The position numbers were made by a program, and so were the translations under genes. Positions 17,855-27,691 of a stretch of 64,000 nt of DNA are shown here, piece after piece. The notes beneath the pieces were generated by a model that ran no database searches, had not been told where the DNA came from, and worked only from the letters and a program-made list of their open reading frames with translations. The first letter of the stretch is position 1. Every line of letters begins with the position of its first letter. Source of the DNA: Candidatus Komeilibacteria bacterium (GTDB lineage Bacteria; Patescibacteriota; Patescibacteriia; UBA1558; UBA10009); NCBI GenBank assembly GCA_030688315.1, contig JAUYIT010000008.1, positions 21,240 to 85,239 on the forward strand. The letters run 5' to 3'.

Positions 17855-18865
17855 ATGAAATTAAACGAACAAAACTATCTTAAATCAATTGAGCTATTGG
17901 GCGAGCAAATTAAGCAGTCATATTTTGAAGCTGGGCGGCTAAAATTACCAGCTTCTTATCGTCAGATTAATAAAATCGCCGTGTTTGGCATGGGTGGATC
18001 GCAACTAGGCACGGATTTGATCAATAACTTATTTAGCCAGGAATTAAAGGTCCCGATTATTCAAATCAGAGATTATAGCGTGCCCGGGTTTGTTGACGCT
18101 AATACTTTGGTTTTATTACTTAGTTATTCCGGCACCACCGAAGAAGTTTTGGCCGTCAGTCAAAAATTATCGAGCCGTAATAAGGTTGTGGTTATCACGG
18201 TTGGCGGAAAGTTATCTGAAGTTTCCAAGAAAAATCATTGGCCCATGTATCAGTTTGATCCGCGGTACAATCCTTCGGGTCAGCCGCGGATGGGCACCGG
18301 TTATTTGGTCGGTTCGGTCATGGCGATTTTGAAAAAACTGAATTTGCTGGCCATTAATGATTCAACCGCCAACCAAATGATTGTTGGTGCTAAGCTGACT
18401 TCAGCTGTAAAACTTCAGGCCAAAAAATTGGCGAAATCCTTGAAAGGCAAAACACCGATCATCATTGGCGCTGAGCATTTATTTGGCAACGCCCACATTA
18501 TGACCAATCAGATTAATGAATCGTCAAAACAAAGGTGCTATTACTTTGCTTTGCCCGAGCTCAACCATCATTTATTGGAAGGATTGTCTTTCCCCTCCAC
18601 CACCAAAAAGAATCTGGTTTTTGTTTTTCTGAATTCTAAAAATTATTTTGCCCGCAACAAAAAACGCTTTGCTTTAACCGAACAGGTGGTTAACAAGCAG
18701 GGCATTGGTTCGGTTAAAATTGATGTGGGCGGCAATAAAGTTCAGGAAGCTATTAAATTATTGGGTCTGGGGGGCTTGCTTTCCTACGAACTGACCAAGA
18801 TCAATAAGGTTGAACCGGATCAGATTCCCTGGGTAAATTATTTTAAAGAACAGTTAGGAAAATAA
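17855..18865 (+). CDS. Bifunctional phosphoglucose/phosphomannose isomerase (SIS domain)
   Basis: GMGGS, SYSGTTEE, QPR, QINESSK and PELNHH motifs. Confidence 0.88.
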   Translation: MKLNEQNYLKSIELLGEQIKQSYFEAGRLKLPASYRQINKIAVFGMGGSQLGTDLINNLFSQELKVPIIQIRDYSVPGFVDANTLVLLLSYSGTTEEVLAVSQKLSSRNKVVVITVGGKLSEVSKKNHWPMYQFDPRYNPSGQPRMGTGYLVGSVMAILKKLNLLAINDSTANQMIVGAKLTSAVKLQAKKLAKSLKGKTPIIIGAEHLFGNAHIMTNQINESSKQRCYYFALPELNHHLLEGLSFPSTTKKNLVFVFLNSKNYFARNKKRFALTEQVVNKQGIGSVKIDVGGNKVQEAIKLLGLGGLLSYELTKINKVEPDQIPWVNYFKEQLGK

Positions 18866-18870
18866 AACGC

Positions 18871-20484
18871 ATGCATAGCAAATTTTGGCTGTTTTTCCGC
18901 CACGTTAACAGCAAATACTATTTTGATTATCTAGCTGTTTTTTTTATTGCCTTAATTTTATTCGGCTGGCTGCAAGCCGGTCCGACTTTGGCCGAGCCCG
19001 ATTCATTTTATCACGCCAAGATGGCGGTAATTATGTCGGAAGGCAAAGTTTTACAGCAATTCCCTTGGCTGCAAGAAACCAATTTGCCGGAACAGTATGT
19101 TAACCACCATTTTTTATACCACGCTCTACTGGTTCCTTTTGTTAACATGTTTGATCCTTTGGTGGGCGTTAAAGTGGCCACGGTTTTATTCGCTTCTCTG
19201 TTGGTTTTATCAATTTATTGGCTGTTTAAAAAGTTTGAAGTTAAATACCCCTTGGTTTTTGTTTTAATATTATTAACTATTTCGCCCTGGCTGTTTAGGG
19301 CTAGTTTGGTTAAAGCGCCGGCCATCAGTTTTATTTTTCTGCTCTGCGCGTTTTACTGTCTGGCGCATCAGCATTGGCTGCGTTTGTTTTTGCTTTCGTT
19401 TGCCGCGGTTTGGCTGTACGGTTCCTGGCCGGTTATTTTGGTTATGACCATTACTTATTTGATTGTTTATTGGCTGTTGGAAAAATATCGGCAGGAAGAA
19501 TCAATTTGGCATAAACTAAAAAATATTTTCCAATTAAATAAAAAAGTTCCCTGGCGCGGGTTGCTGTACGTGGTCGGTGGTTTAACGGCCGGCCTGGTTA
19601 TTAATCCCTATTTCCCGCAGAATTTAAAATTTTATTATCAGCAAATTATTGATATTGCCTTATTTAACTATCAGCATGTGATCAGCGTGGGTTCCGAGTG
19701 GTATCCTTATGATATTTATAAATTGATTGCCGACGCGCCTTTGATTATGTCTTTGCTGGTGGTTAGCGTGCTGTTGTTTATTTTAACCGTAAAAAAACAA
19801 TCCATTTATTCCTGGACCTGGGGTTTGCTAGCTGTGGCCTTTTTTATTTTAACCTTAAAATCACGGCGGCAGGTGGAATTTTTTACGCCCTTAACCGTAA
19901 TTTTTGCCGGCTTTACCTTTAACGATTATTTTAGAAAGCTTTCCCGCCTGCATTTGCAATTGTTGTTAAACGTGGCCTGGCAGGCAATTTTTGGTCTGGC
20001 TTTGATTTTAGTCGGACTAATTTTTATTTTTAAAATACCCGGCGATTTAAACAGAGCCAAATCCTATTTGGATAACGGTAAACCTTTAACTTATTATCAA
20101 CAAGCGTCCGCCTGGCTTACAGCCAACTCGCCCAAACAGGCCGTGGTTTTTAACGCCAACTGGTCCGATTTTCCCGCCCTGTTTTACCACAACAGTCATA
20201 ATTATTATCTGACCGGTTTGGATCCGACTTTTATGTATCAGCTGAACCCGGTTAAATACCAACAATACGTAGACATCACCTTGGGCAAGGTACAGCAAAA
20301 TTTAAAAAAAATCATCCAAGATGATTTTAAGGCCGATTATGTTTTATTTGACCATGAGCACTGGCTGTTGGAAAAACAATTAAAATACAGCGGCGATTTT
20401 ATCAAGGTTTATGAAGACAGCGAAGCTAAAATTTATCAGGTTAGGTCTGCGCCGGTGTTATTGCCGAGTTCATCAGGCGATTGA
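18871..20484 (+). CDS. Polytopic membrane protein, GT-C glycosyltransferase-like
   Basis: EPDSFYH in the first external loop, many TM segments, SEWYP, and C-terminal soluble domain with GLDP.F. Confidence 0.6.
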   Translation: MHSKFWLFFRHVNSKYYFDYLAVFFIALILFGWLQAGPTLAEPDSFYHAKMAVIMSEGKVLQQFPWLQETNLPEQYVNHHFLYHALLVPFVNMFDPLVGVKVATVLFASLLVLSIYWLFKKFEVKYPLVFVLILLTISPWLFRASLVKAPAISFIFLLCAFYCLAHQHWLRLFLLSFAAVWLYGSWPVILVMTITYLIVYWLLEKYRQEESIWHKLKNIFQLNKKVPWRGLLYVVGGLTAGLVINPYFPQNLKFYYQQIIDIALFNYQHVISVGSEWYPYDIYKLIADAPLIMSLLVVSVLLFILTVKKQSIYSWTWGLLAVAFFILTLKSRRQVEFFTPLTVIFAGFTFNDYFRKLSRLHLQLLLNVAWQAIFGLALILVGLIFIFKIPGDLNRAKSYLDNGKPLTYYQQASAWLTANSPKQAVVFNANWSDFPALFYHNSHNYYLTGLDPTFMYQLNPVKYQQYVDITLGKVQQNLKKIIQDDFKADYVLFDHEHWLLEKQLKYSGDFIKVYEDSEAKIYQVRSAPVLLPSSSGD

Positions 20485-20495
20485 GGTTAATGAGT

Positions 20496-22496
20496 TCAGT
20501 TGACAAAAATTTCACCCAAGTCAATTATCGGCCAAAGCATTTCTTCTTTACTAATCTTCATGACGGCTGACCTTTGCCCGTCTAAAACTAAGGAGCCGCC
20601 GTAATCAAGGACCTGTAATTCCGCCCGGTAATTGCCCAAAGAAAGCTTATTTGGCAGTAAAAACCAGTAGTTGCTTTTAATAACCTGACCCGGTTGCCAT
20701 TCGGAAGTCGGGTACAGGCCGTAAGCCAGGGGATATAGTTTTTGGTGGACAACCTGATCTTGGTTGTTTTTTAAACTAAGTTTAAATTGATAATTTTTGT
20801 TTATTTTTTGATCAGCTTTAAAATACAAGGCCAGCGGAAAAATTCTTAAATTTTCGGCCGTCTGCTCGGTTTTAGGGAGCGGCGTGGAGCCCAGAAAAGT
20901 CAGGAGCTGGTTCAGTTTTAGGTTTTGGCGGTTGGTGATTTTGGTTGTAGGCGCGTCAATTTGATAAAGCTCAAGGCCATCCCCCGCTTCTTTTTTAAAC
21001 AGCGCCAAAGTATCAATGATTTTGATTGCCTTAAAGCCGCGTTCGGCAATAATGTTTCTTAAATTGTCGTCGCCTTGGTCGTAGTATTTACTCCACATTT
21101 TATTATTCGGGAACTGAATTTGATATTCCAGCAAATCGCTAAAATCAACGGCCAGCGCCTCAGTCTCTTGAGGTAGGCGGTAATTAATGTGGGATAATTG
21201 CGTTTTGCCGATAAAAGCGTAGTGCAGGGAATAAATTTTTTCCCGGCCCGACAGATTGGTCAGCAATTCATAGGTGGCGGCCACGGCCTCCTGATCAGCC
21301 ACCGTTTCAATCAGCTCATGCCTGATTTGCCTAGCTTGCGCGTCATAAGTCGGGTTAGCTAGTTTGCCGATAAAGCCCGGCAACGGCCCCAGGGCCAGCA
21401 AACCGTAAACAGCGCTGACAATTAAAATCAGCTTAACTATGGCCCAATTATTTTTTAAGTAAAGCGCCAGTTTGGTTTTGACTTGTCCGGTTTGCAGATG
21501 GTCCAAAGAAAAAATCAGGGCAATAAAAAGCGGGGGCAATAATAAGCTCACATAATGAAGCTTGACTACAATCACGGCGTTGTTGGTTTGGCTTAAAATG
21601 AGCTGGGCAAAAATTGGCAGAGCCAAAAGCAGATATTTTGGCTTAAGCAGGCAAAAAAAGCCCGCCGGCAAAAATAGCAACGGGGCCAGCAACAAATTGC
21701 CCGGCGTTAGCAGGCGTTGTAAAACCAGCCAGGGTTTGGCAAAAAAATTTACGGCCAGTTGCAAAAAACTGTTGCCCAGCCAGCCGTAGTAAGTTAAAAA
21801 TTTAAATAGGCCGCTGGTGCTAAAATGAGCAACGATTTTTACGGCAATAATAAACCAGGTCGCGGCCAGCGCCATGGGCCAGATAATCCACTTTAGAGAT
21901 TTTTTGTCCATGATTGCTAGCGGACTAAACATGAACACGGCTAACGACACGTCTTCACGGATCAATAACGAGATAACAATAAAAAGCAAAAACCAGGGAA
22001 ATTTATCGCGCAGGTAAAAATAGAAAGCCCAGAAAATAGAAAAAATGGCAAAGGGCAAAAAATGGAACTCAAAAAGATTAATGTTTTGGACAAACGGATT
22101 TAACAGCCAGAGCAGGGCAATCAGCAAAGGCCAGCCACGCGTTAACCGGGTTTTAGCGATTAAAAACAAGGGCCAGGCCGATAAAGCCAAAATTGCTGTT
22201 TGTAAAATCAACAAAGTAATCGGATGCTGAAAAAAGTAATAGATGGGCAGCAGGCCAAGTAACAGTAGTTCCAAATGGTCGCCCAGATAGTATTGTTGAT
22301 GAAAAGTAAATTCAAACCAGCGGCCGTGGGCGGAATTAAACAGCACTTGATTGTAAATGGCCAGATCCAAACCGTTGTAGCCGAACTGCCAATATTTCCA
22401 AACGCAGATTGCTGAAAATACTAAAAAATATAAACCGATGGCCAGCCACAGGCATAAGCCGGGTTTATTGTTGATGAAATGGCGGATTTTTTTCAT
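20496..22496 (-). CDS. DUF2079 family membrane protein (GT-C-like)
   Basis: DLAIYNQ, LGDH, FEFH, REDV and HY motifs; YPTSEWQPGQVI C-terminal domain; probable ATG at 22496. Confidence 0.8.
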   Translation of the reverse strand: MKKIRHFINNKPGLCLWLAIGLYFLVFSAICVWKYWQFGYNGLDLAIYNQVLFNSAHGRWFEFTFHQQYYLGDHLELLLLGLLPIYYFFQHPITLLILQTAILALSAWPLFLIAKTRLTRGWPLLIALLWLLNPFVQNINLFEFHFLPFAIFSIFWAFYFYLRDKFPWFLLFIVISLLIREDVSLAVFMFSPLAIMDKKSLKWIIWPMALAATWFIIAVKIVAHFSTSGLFKFLTYYGWLGNSFLQLAVNFFAKPWLVLQRLLTPGNLLLAPLLFLPAGFFCLLKPKYLLLALPIFAQLILSQTNNAVIVVKLHYVSLLLPPLFIALIFSLDHLQTGQVKTKLALYLKNNWAIVKLILIVSAVYGLLALGPLPGFIGKLANPTYDAQARQIRHELIETVADQEAVAATYELLTNLSGREKIYSLHYAFIGKTQLSHINYRLPQETEALAVDFSDLLEYQIQFPNNKMWSKYYDQGDDNLRNIIAERGFKAIKIIDTLALFKKEAGDGLELYQIDAPTTKITNRQNLKLNQLLTFLGSTPLPKTEQTAENLRIFPLALYFKADQKINKNYQFKLSLKNNQDQVVHQKLYPLAYGLYPTSEWQPGQVIKSNYWFLLPNKLSLGNYRAELQVLDYGGSLVLDGQRSAVMKISKEEMLWPIIDLGEIFVN

Positions 22497-22522
22497 TGTT
22501 AACAAAAGGCCCCGACCGTCAT

Positions 22523-23119
22523 TTAATTTCTGGCGCACTCGTTTTTAATCGGCCCGCTTTTGCATTCATAGCTGTTGCCGTACCATTCCTGGCATTGTTC
22601 AGTATTATCACATTCTTGGTTAAAACTGCACCAACCCTCTTGGCACAACCAGCCCGAACCAAAATCCCCTAAACAGTCGACGTTGCGATTGCATTTGCCG
22701 CTGGGGTTGCCACCGGCGTTAAAATCGTAATAACCGCCGCTGTTGGTACTGCGCTGGGCTATGTTATCCACGTAAACAACTATTACCATGGAAGCGGCAA
22801 TAATGGTTACGCCGATGATGGAATTTTTAAGGCGTTTTTTGGCGTCTTCTATTTTGTCTTCTTCCCCGCCCGAACTCATCCACTGCCAGCCCGCGTAAAT
22901 AATGCTGATTAAAAAGAACAGACCCACCAAGGTCAGGGCGTAATTAATAAAATTTATAATAATGCGCTGGGGGGAGGCCTCGGTAGTGGCCAAACCGGCT
23001 TCGTTATTAGCGCGGTTAACACGATCCAAAATTCCGCCATCCTGCGCCAGAACTTTGGTCCAAGCCAACAGTAAAAGCGAGTTAACCGCCAGTCCCAAAT
23101 TTTTTATGAATTTAATCAT
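22523..23119 (-). CDS. VirB2/TrbC-like pilin 11 with Cys-rich C-terminal tail
   Basis: Signal peptide, YAGWQWMSSGGEEDKIEDAKKRLKNSIIG core and Cys-rich tail. Confidence 0.8.
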   Translation of the reverse strand: MIKFIKNLGLAVNSLLLLAWTKVLAQDGGILDRVNRANNEAGLATTEASPQRIIINFINYALTLVGLFFLISIIYAGWQWMSSGGEEDKIEDAKKRLKNSIIGVTIIAASMVIVVYVDNIAQRSTNSGGYYDFNAGGNPSGKCNRNVDCLGDFGSGWLCQEGWCSFNQECDNTEQCQEWYGNSYECKSGPIKNECARN

Positions 23120-23121
23120 AT

Positions 23122-23499
23122 TTATAGATAACGATTATCCAAACCCACCTGCCAAAAATTCAGCACGAACAAAATCAAACTGTAGGCAATGGCAATAATA
23201 AAAAAGCCGATGACGGAGTTTTTAAGCCGGGTCTGGGCTTTTTCAATGGTGTCTTCGTTGCCGCCGGCCGTAATCCACTGAAAGCCGGAATAGATGATCA
23301 TAATTAAAAAGAAGATGCCCACAAAGGTTAAAACGTAGGCAATAATACCCAGCACCACCGTGATTTTGGTACCGGTCGCTGTGGTATCAAAACCCGACTG
23401 ATCGGCTAAACTCTTAAAACGATCCAAGGGCGTGGTTAAAGCCAAAACCGAAGACAAGGGGGTTAACAAAAGTAGATAAATGGCAATTAAAATTTTCAT
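23122..23499 (-). CDS. VirB2/TrbC-like pilin 10
   Basis: YSGFQWITAGGNEDTIEKAQTRLKNSVIG core. Confidence 0.8.
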   Translation of the reverse strand: MKILIAIYLLLLTPLSSVLALTTPLDRFKSLADQSGFDTTATGTKITVVLGIIAYVLTFVGIFFLIMIIYSGFQWITAGGNEDTIEKAQTRLKNSVIGFFIIAIAYSLILFVLNFWQVGLDNRYL

Positions 23500-23501
23500 A
23501 C

Positions 23502-24335
23502 TTAAGGTTGACACTCGTTATTAACGCACCTGCCAGGGGCGCAGTCACCGTCATCTTGGCATTCCTTGCACTCGCCGTCTATGCAATATTTTACGTTGGG
23601 ATTACAGGAGGTTCGGCAGGCGCTATCGGCTAGGCAGATGCCCGTTCTTGGTCCGGTAAATTCCCAAAAGCATAGATTGGCAATACAAAGGCCTCTATCG
23701 TTAAAGTCCGGGCAGGGCGTATTTTCATAAAAACAGCAGGTTGCTTGGTTGGGGCAGGAGGCGTCTTCCGCGTCAATAATTATTCCGTCCTGACCATCGC
23801 AAACCCTCGGATTATTAACGCAGGCAAATCGGCCGTTGGCTCCGTCATTATTTAATTCGTCACAGCTGATTTGATATGGCTCCTCGCCCGTGGGCGGTGT
23901 TTCTATGCCGGTGCCAGGATCTTTTAGGAAGCGCTGGTCAAAATAGCTGTACAGGGCGTAGGTTAAAATAAAAGCCAGCAGGGTAATGGCCACGCCAATG
24001 ACGCCGTTTAAAATCCTTTTTTTTGCTTGTTCCACCTTTTCCTCGTTACCGCCGGCCGTCATCCACTGGAAACCGGAGTAAATGACCAGCCCCAAAAAAA
24101 ATAAACCGGTAAAGCTGATCACGGTCATAATGATCCGGCCCAGCAAAGTGTCAAAATAACTTTCATCGGACTGCAAATCCACGTTATAAGTGCCCTCGCG
24201 GCCGGCTTTATTTAAAAAATCCTGGTAGGTTTGAAAAGTACCGGGATTTTGGGCCAAAACAACATTGGCCACTAGCGCTACCGCGCTGACCGTTAAAATT
24301 AGCAGGCAGATTTTGATCAGGTTTTTTTTAGTCAT
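23502..24335 (-). CDS. VirB2/TrbC-like pilin 9 with long Cys-rich tail
   Basis: YSGFQWMTAGGNEEKVEQAKKRILNGVIG core and ~130-aa Cys-rich C-terminus. Confidence 0.82.
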   Translation of the reverse strand: MTKKNLIKICLLILTVSAVALVANVVLAQNPGTFQTYQDFLNKAGREGTYNVDLQSDESYFDTLLGRIIMTVISFTGLFFLGLVIYSGFQWMTAGGNEEKVEQAKKRILNGVIGVAITLLAFILTYALYSYFDQRFLKDPGTGIETPPTGEEPYQISCDELNNDGANGRFACVNNPRVCDGQDGIIIDAEDASCPNQATCCFYENTPCPDFNDRGLCIANLCFWEFTGPRTGICLADSACRTSCNPNVKYCIDGECKECQDDGDCAPGRCVNNECQP

Positions 24336-24346
24336 TTAATTTGATT

Positions 24347-24955
24347 TTATTCACAGCTGTTGCGCCCGCCGATATTTTCGTTGCAGGTTTTGCCTTGCGG
24401 ACAGGCGGGACCGCGTTCTCTAAAACAAGTGCACCATTTGGCTTGGCCGTCTGCCGTTCTAAACGTTTCGCACATCGGCATATTAGCATCAAGGCAATCA
24501 GCGTTGCTTTGGCATTCATAATTAGCGTTATTTGCCGGCGCGTCAGCGCTTCCTCCTTGGGTAAAGATAAAGTTAAAAACGAGATTGGTAATAATGTAGG
24601 CAAAAAAGATCAGGCCAAAGCCCAGCGAGGCGTTTAAAATGCGTTTTTTGGATTCTTCCACTTTTTCCTCGTTACCACCGGCCGTCATCCACTGAAAGCC
24701 GGAATAGATAATTAAGGCCAAAAATAGTGCCCCCAAAAAGCCCAAAAAAATAGCGATCAACTGGCCAAAAGTGGTATCCAAAAACGTTTCGCTGGCCACA
24801 TCGTCGGTGTTATAAAAACCCGTTGAGGCAATGATGTTGATGGTACCGCCGTTATCTCCGCCAAAACCAATGGATTGGGCCATTAAAACGGCCGGGGAAA
24901 ATAAAACTACTACGGCGATAATCACGGTCAAAGTTTTGTAAAAAGTTTTAGTCAT
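24347..24955 (-). CDS. VirB2/TrbC-like pilin 8 with Cys-rich tail
   Basis: YSGFQWMTAGGNEEKVEESKKRILNASLG core; tail begins CQSNADC. Confidence 0.82.
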   Translation of the reverse strand: MTKTFYKTLTVIIAVVVLFSPAVLMAQSIGFGGDNGGTINIIASTGFYNTDDVASETFLDTTFGQLIAIFLGFLGALFLALIIYSGFQWMTAGGNEEKVEESKKRILNASLGFGLIFFAYIITNLVFNFIFTQGGSADAPANNANYECQSNADCLDANMPMCETFRTADGQAKWCTCFRERGPACPQGKTCNENIGGRNSCE

Positions 24956-24961
24956 ACTAAA

Positions 24962-25002
24962 CGGGATTGCTTCGCCCGCCGAATCGGCGGGATCGCAATG
25001 AC
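24962..25002. repeat. REP-like half element
   Basis: CGGGATTGCTTCG-CCCGCCGAATCGGCGGG-ATCGCAATGAC; same ends as the right arm of 9071-9164. Confidence 0.7.
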
Positions 25003-25006
25003 AGGA

Positions 25007-25387
25007 TTAGGCGGCGCCCAAGGTTTTACTGATAAACCAAGTGATAAAGAAGGCGGCCACAGTTACGGCCAAACCAACGATAGCGTTCATAATTCTGGTT
25101 TTGGCTCTGGTTACTTTTTCCTCTTCGCCGCCGGCCGTCATCCACTGGATGCCGGAAATAACAATGTAGATAAAAAAGATCGCGCCCACAAAACTTAAAA
25201 CAATGCTGATCAAAGTGCCGATGGTTTGGGGGATAGTATCAGAAGTACCGGCGCCGGCAGGGTAACCCGCTCCGTTAATGCCGGCGGCATCGTCAATTAA
25301 ACCAGAGTTGACCTGGGCCAAGGCAGTCAATGGCAAAATTAGGAAGTTAAGGTAAAGACCAATTAATATTTTTTTGACGTTTTTCAT
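25007..25387 (-). CDS. VirB2/TrbC-like pilin 7
   Basis: SGIQWMTAGGEEEKVTRAKTRIMNAIVG core. Confidence 0.82.
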   Translation of the reverse strand: MKNVKKILIGLYLNFLILPLTALAQVNSGLIDDAAGINGAGYPAGAGTSDTIPQTIGTLISIVLSFVGAIFFIYIVISGIQWMTAGGEEEKVTRAKTRIMNAIVGLAVTVAAFFITWFISKTLGAA

Positions 25388-25402
25388 TTTATTGTTTGTT
25401 AA

Positions 25403-25981
25403 TTATGCATTCATTGGGCAGCATTTTTTGTTATTCGGACAGGTTTCATCGGTCGGCTCAATTCCTTCACCGCAGGCGTCTTCACATGAGTACCCCTCAT
25501 CAAGTGGACAGGTATAAGAGCCAGGGTCAACTTCATTTACACTCGGAGTAATCCGCATTCTGTCTACAATAAAGCTGGTTAAGGCATAGGACATCATTAC
25601 AATGCCCAAGCCGATGGCGGCGCGGATAATGCGTTCGCGGGCATGGGTAACCTTTTCCTCGTTGCCGCCGGCCGTCATCCACTGGATGCCGGAGTAAACC
25701 ACTAGGCCGAAAAATACCACGCCAAACACGGACAAAACCATGCCAATAACCTGACCGACTTTTTGGGCCAAGGTTTCCGCGCTAACAACAGTATTGGATC
25801 CGTAACCTGAAGGACCACCGCCCGCTTGCTCCAAAATCCATTTCTGACAATCTTGTAAGCTTTCGTTTGGGTCGCAGCTTTGCAAATTGGCAGCGGCATC
25901 CTGGGCTAAAGCCAAGCCGGGTAAAAATAAACTGGCAGCTAAAGTAAGGGATAATAAATAAAGTTTTATAAATTTTATCAT
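25403..25981 (-). CDS. VirB2/TrbC-like pilin 6 with Cys-rich tail
   Basis: YSGIQWMTAGGNEEKVTHARERIIRAAIG core; C...C...C...C....CC tail. Confidence 0.82.
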   Translation of the reverse strand: MIKFIKLYLLSLTLAASLFLPGLALAQDAAANLQSCDPNESLQDCQKWILEQAGGGPSGYGSNTVVSAETLAQKVGQVIGMVLSVFGVVFFGLVVYSGIQWMTAGGNEEKVTHARERIIRAAIGLGIVMMSYALTSFIVDRMRITPSVNEVDPGSYTCPLDEGYSCEDACGEGIEPTDETCPNNKKCCPMNA

Positions 25982-25987
25982 AAAAGT

Positions 25988-26428
25988 TTATTGGGGCAGG
26001 CCGGTGCCGATGCCCATGATTCTAAAGACCAAAAAGTTAATAAAAATATAGGACAAAAGAATAATAATAATGCCGATGGCGGCGCTTTCAATGTGTTTGA
26101 CCGCGTCATCAACCATTTGCTGGTTGCCCTTGGCCATCATCCAGGTAAAGCCGGAATAAATAACGATGACTAAAAAAATAACGCCCAAAAAAGCCAAAAA
26201 TAAATTGATGAACCGGCCGACATATTCGAAAACGGTTGGCGCCGGTTTATCGTCACTAAAAATATTTGAGTCCTTGGCGGTATCATCCAGGCGTTTAATG
26301 ATATCACCCACATTGTTGGCCCCCAAATCCTGCTGGGCGTAAATTAAGCCGTTGGGAATAACGGCTGTAAAGCCAAAAAAAGCCAGCAGGCAGGAGAGGG
26401 AAATAATTTTTGCAGTTAATATTTTCAT
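25988..26428 (-). CDS. VirB2/TrbC-like pilin 5
   Basis: YSGFTWMMAKGNQQMVDDAVKHIESAAIG core; ATG at 26428. Confidence 0.78.
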   Translation of the reverse strand: MKILTAKIISLSCLLAFFGFTAVIPNGLIYAQQDLGANNVGDIIKRLDDTAKDSNIFSDDKPAPTVFEYVGRFINLFLAFLGVIFLVIVIYSGFTWMMAKGNQQMVDDAVKHIESAAIGIIIILLSYIFINFLVFRIMGIGTGLPQ

Positions 26429-26429
26429 C

Positions 26430-26912
26430 TTAAGGATTTTGGCTTTGCGAAGGAGGGTTGGCAATGCCAGCCAGTTGAAAAACCACAAAGTTAACCACCA
26501 GATAGGCGAAAATTATTACCAGCAAGCCCAAAGTGGCCTGGCGCAGGGTGCGGATCGCTTTATCGGCCCGCTCCTTGTTACCGCCGGCCGTCAGCCAAAC
26601 AATGCCGCCGTAAACCGTTAGGAGAAAAAAGACCAGGCCAACAATTTGCAGGCCAATAACCACAAATTCGCCGATAATGGCCGCGGTCGTAGGCGGGCTA
26701 TCTTGGGCATTTTCAGAAACGGCCCCGCTGTTTCGCGCGCCTTTATCAAGAGTTTTTTGGGCGCACTCAATGGCCGAGTCGGTGGGCAGGCATTCCAGGT
26801 CGTTCTGGGCTTGCGCCATTAAAAAATTAAATGGCAGAAAGAGAGCGAATAATAAAAATAGGGCGCAAATGCCCTTGATTATAAATTGTCCATGGTAACG
26901 GGCAATGGTCAT
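26430..26912 (-). CDS. VirB2/TrbC-like pilin 4
   Basis: YGGIVWLTAGGNKERADKAIRTLRQATLG core. Confidence 0.8.
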   Translation of the reverse strand: MTIARYHGQFIIKGICALFLLFALFLPFNFLMAQAQNDLECLPTDSAIECAQKTLDKGARNSGAVSENAQDSPPTTAAIIGEFVVIGLQIVGLVFFLLTVYGGIVWLTAGGNKERADKAIRTLRQATLGLLVIIFAYLVVNFVVFQLAGIANPPSQSQNP

Positions 26913-26927
26913 AAGCGACGTAGAGTG

Positions 26928-26959
26928 AGAGAAATAATAAAGCGAAGCTTTATTATTTC
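26928..26959. repeat. Hairpin capped by GCGAAGC
   Basis: GAAAATAATAAAGC-GAA-GCTTTATTATTTC. Confidence 0.55.
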
Positions 26960-27131
26960 CGAACCGAGGAGCTTATATGTACTCATATATGGACTCGGAT
27001 GAGCAGGGCTTAAAATAGCCGTTTAATTATTTGAAGATACAGTTTAGACCTCAACCCCGAAGTAGACGCTCGCGTTTTGCTCGCGACACTTCGGGATTAC
27101 AATTTAAATTGTATCAATGAGTCAGTTATCC

Positions 27132-27566
27132 TTAATTAGCTACAGTCGCTTGTTGAAGGTTTTCGAGTACAAATCTGGCAATGGCGTAAGCCGATAAAAT
27201 CACAATCAAGCCAACGATGCCCGCTGAAATCAGCTTTTTGGCTTCACCGACTTTTTCCTCTTCACCGCCGGCTGTCATCCATTTAAAGCCGCCCAACAGG
27301 ATGATCACCACCGCGATTACGCCCAAAAATCCCAACAACACGTTTAAAATATCGGCAATGGTTTCCTTTAACGGTTTGGTGCCCAAATTGGTATCTGTCA
27401 AAGCATTGATGCCGAATTCATCGCCTTCGGGGTTAAAATTATCTCCTGCTACTCCTCCCTCATCATCTTGCGCCCAAACTTGTGTCCCAACCATGGCAAT
27501 GGGCATGGCTAAAGCCAACAACAGGCCAAAAACCACTAAGTTCTTTTTTAATAAGAATTTTTTCAT
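27132..27566 (-). CDS. VirB2/TrbC-like pilin 3 (candidate major pilin)
   Basis: GGFKWMTAGGEEEKVGEAKKLISAGIVG core; strong SD AAGGGGGTG; separated from neighbours by its own intergenic regions. Confidence 0.85.
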   Translation of the reverse strand: MKKFLLKKNLVVFGLLLALAMPIAMVGTQVWAQDDEGGVAGDNFNPEGDEFGINALTDTNLGTKPLKETIADILNVLLGFLGVIAVVIILLGGFKWMTAGGEEEKVGEAKKLISAGIVGLIVILSAYAIARFVLENLQQATVAN

Positions 27567-27691
27567 ACTTCACCCCCTTTCATTTACTGACGCCGCTTGG
27601 CTGCGACCCCAATAAACTACTTGTTTAATAATAACTCAATTTATTATACAATAATTTTATTTATTCCGCTATAAGTTAGCTGGGTATATCT

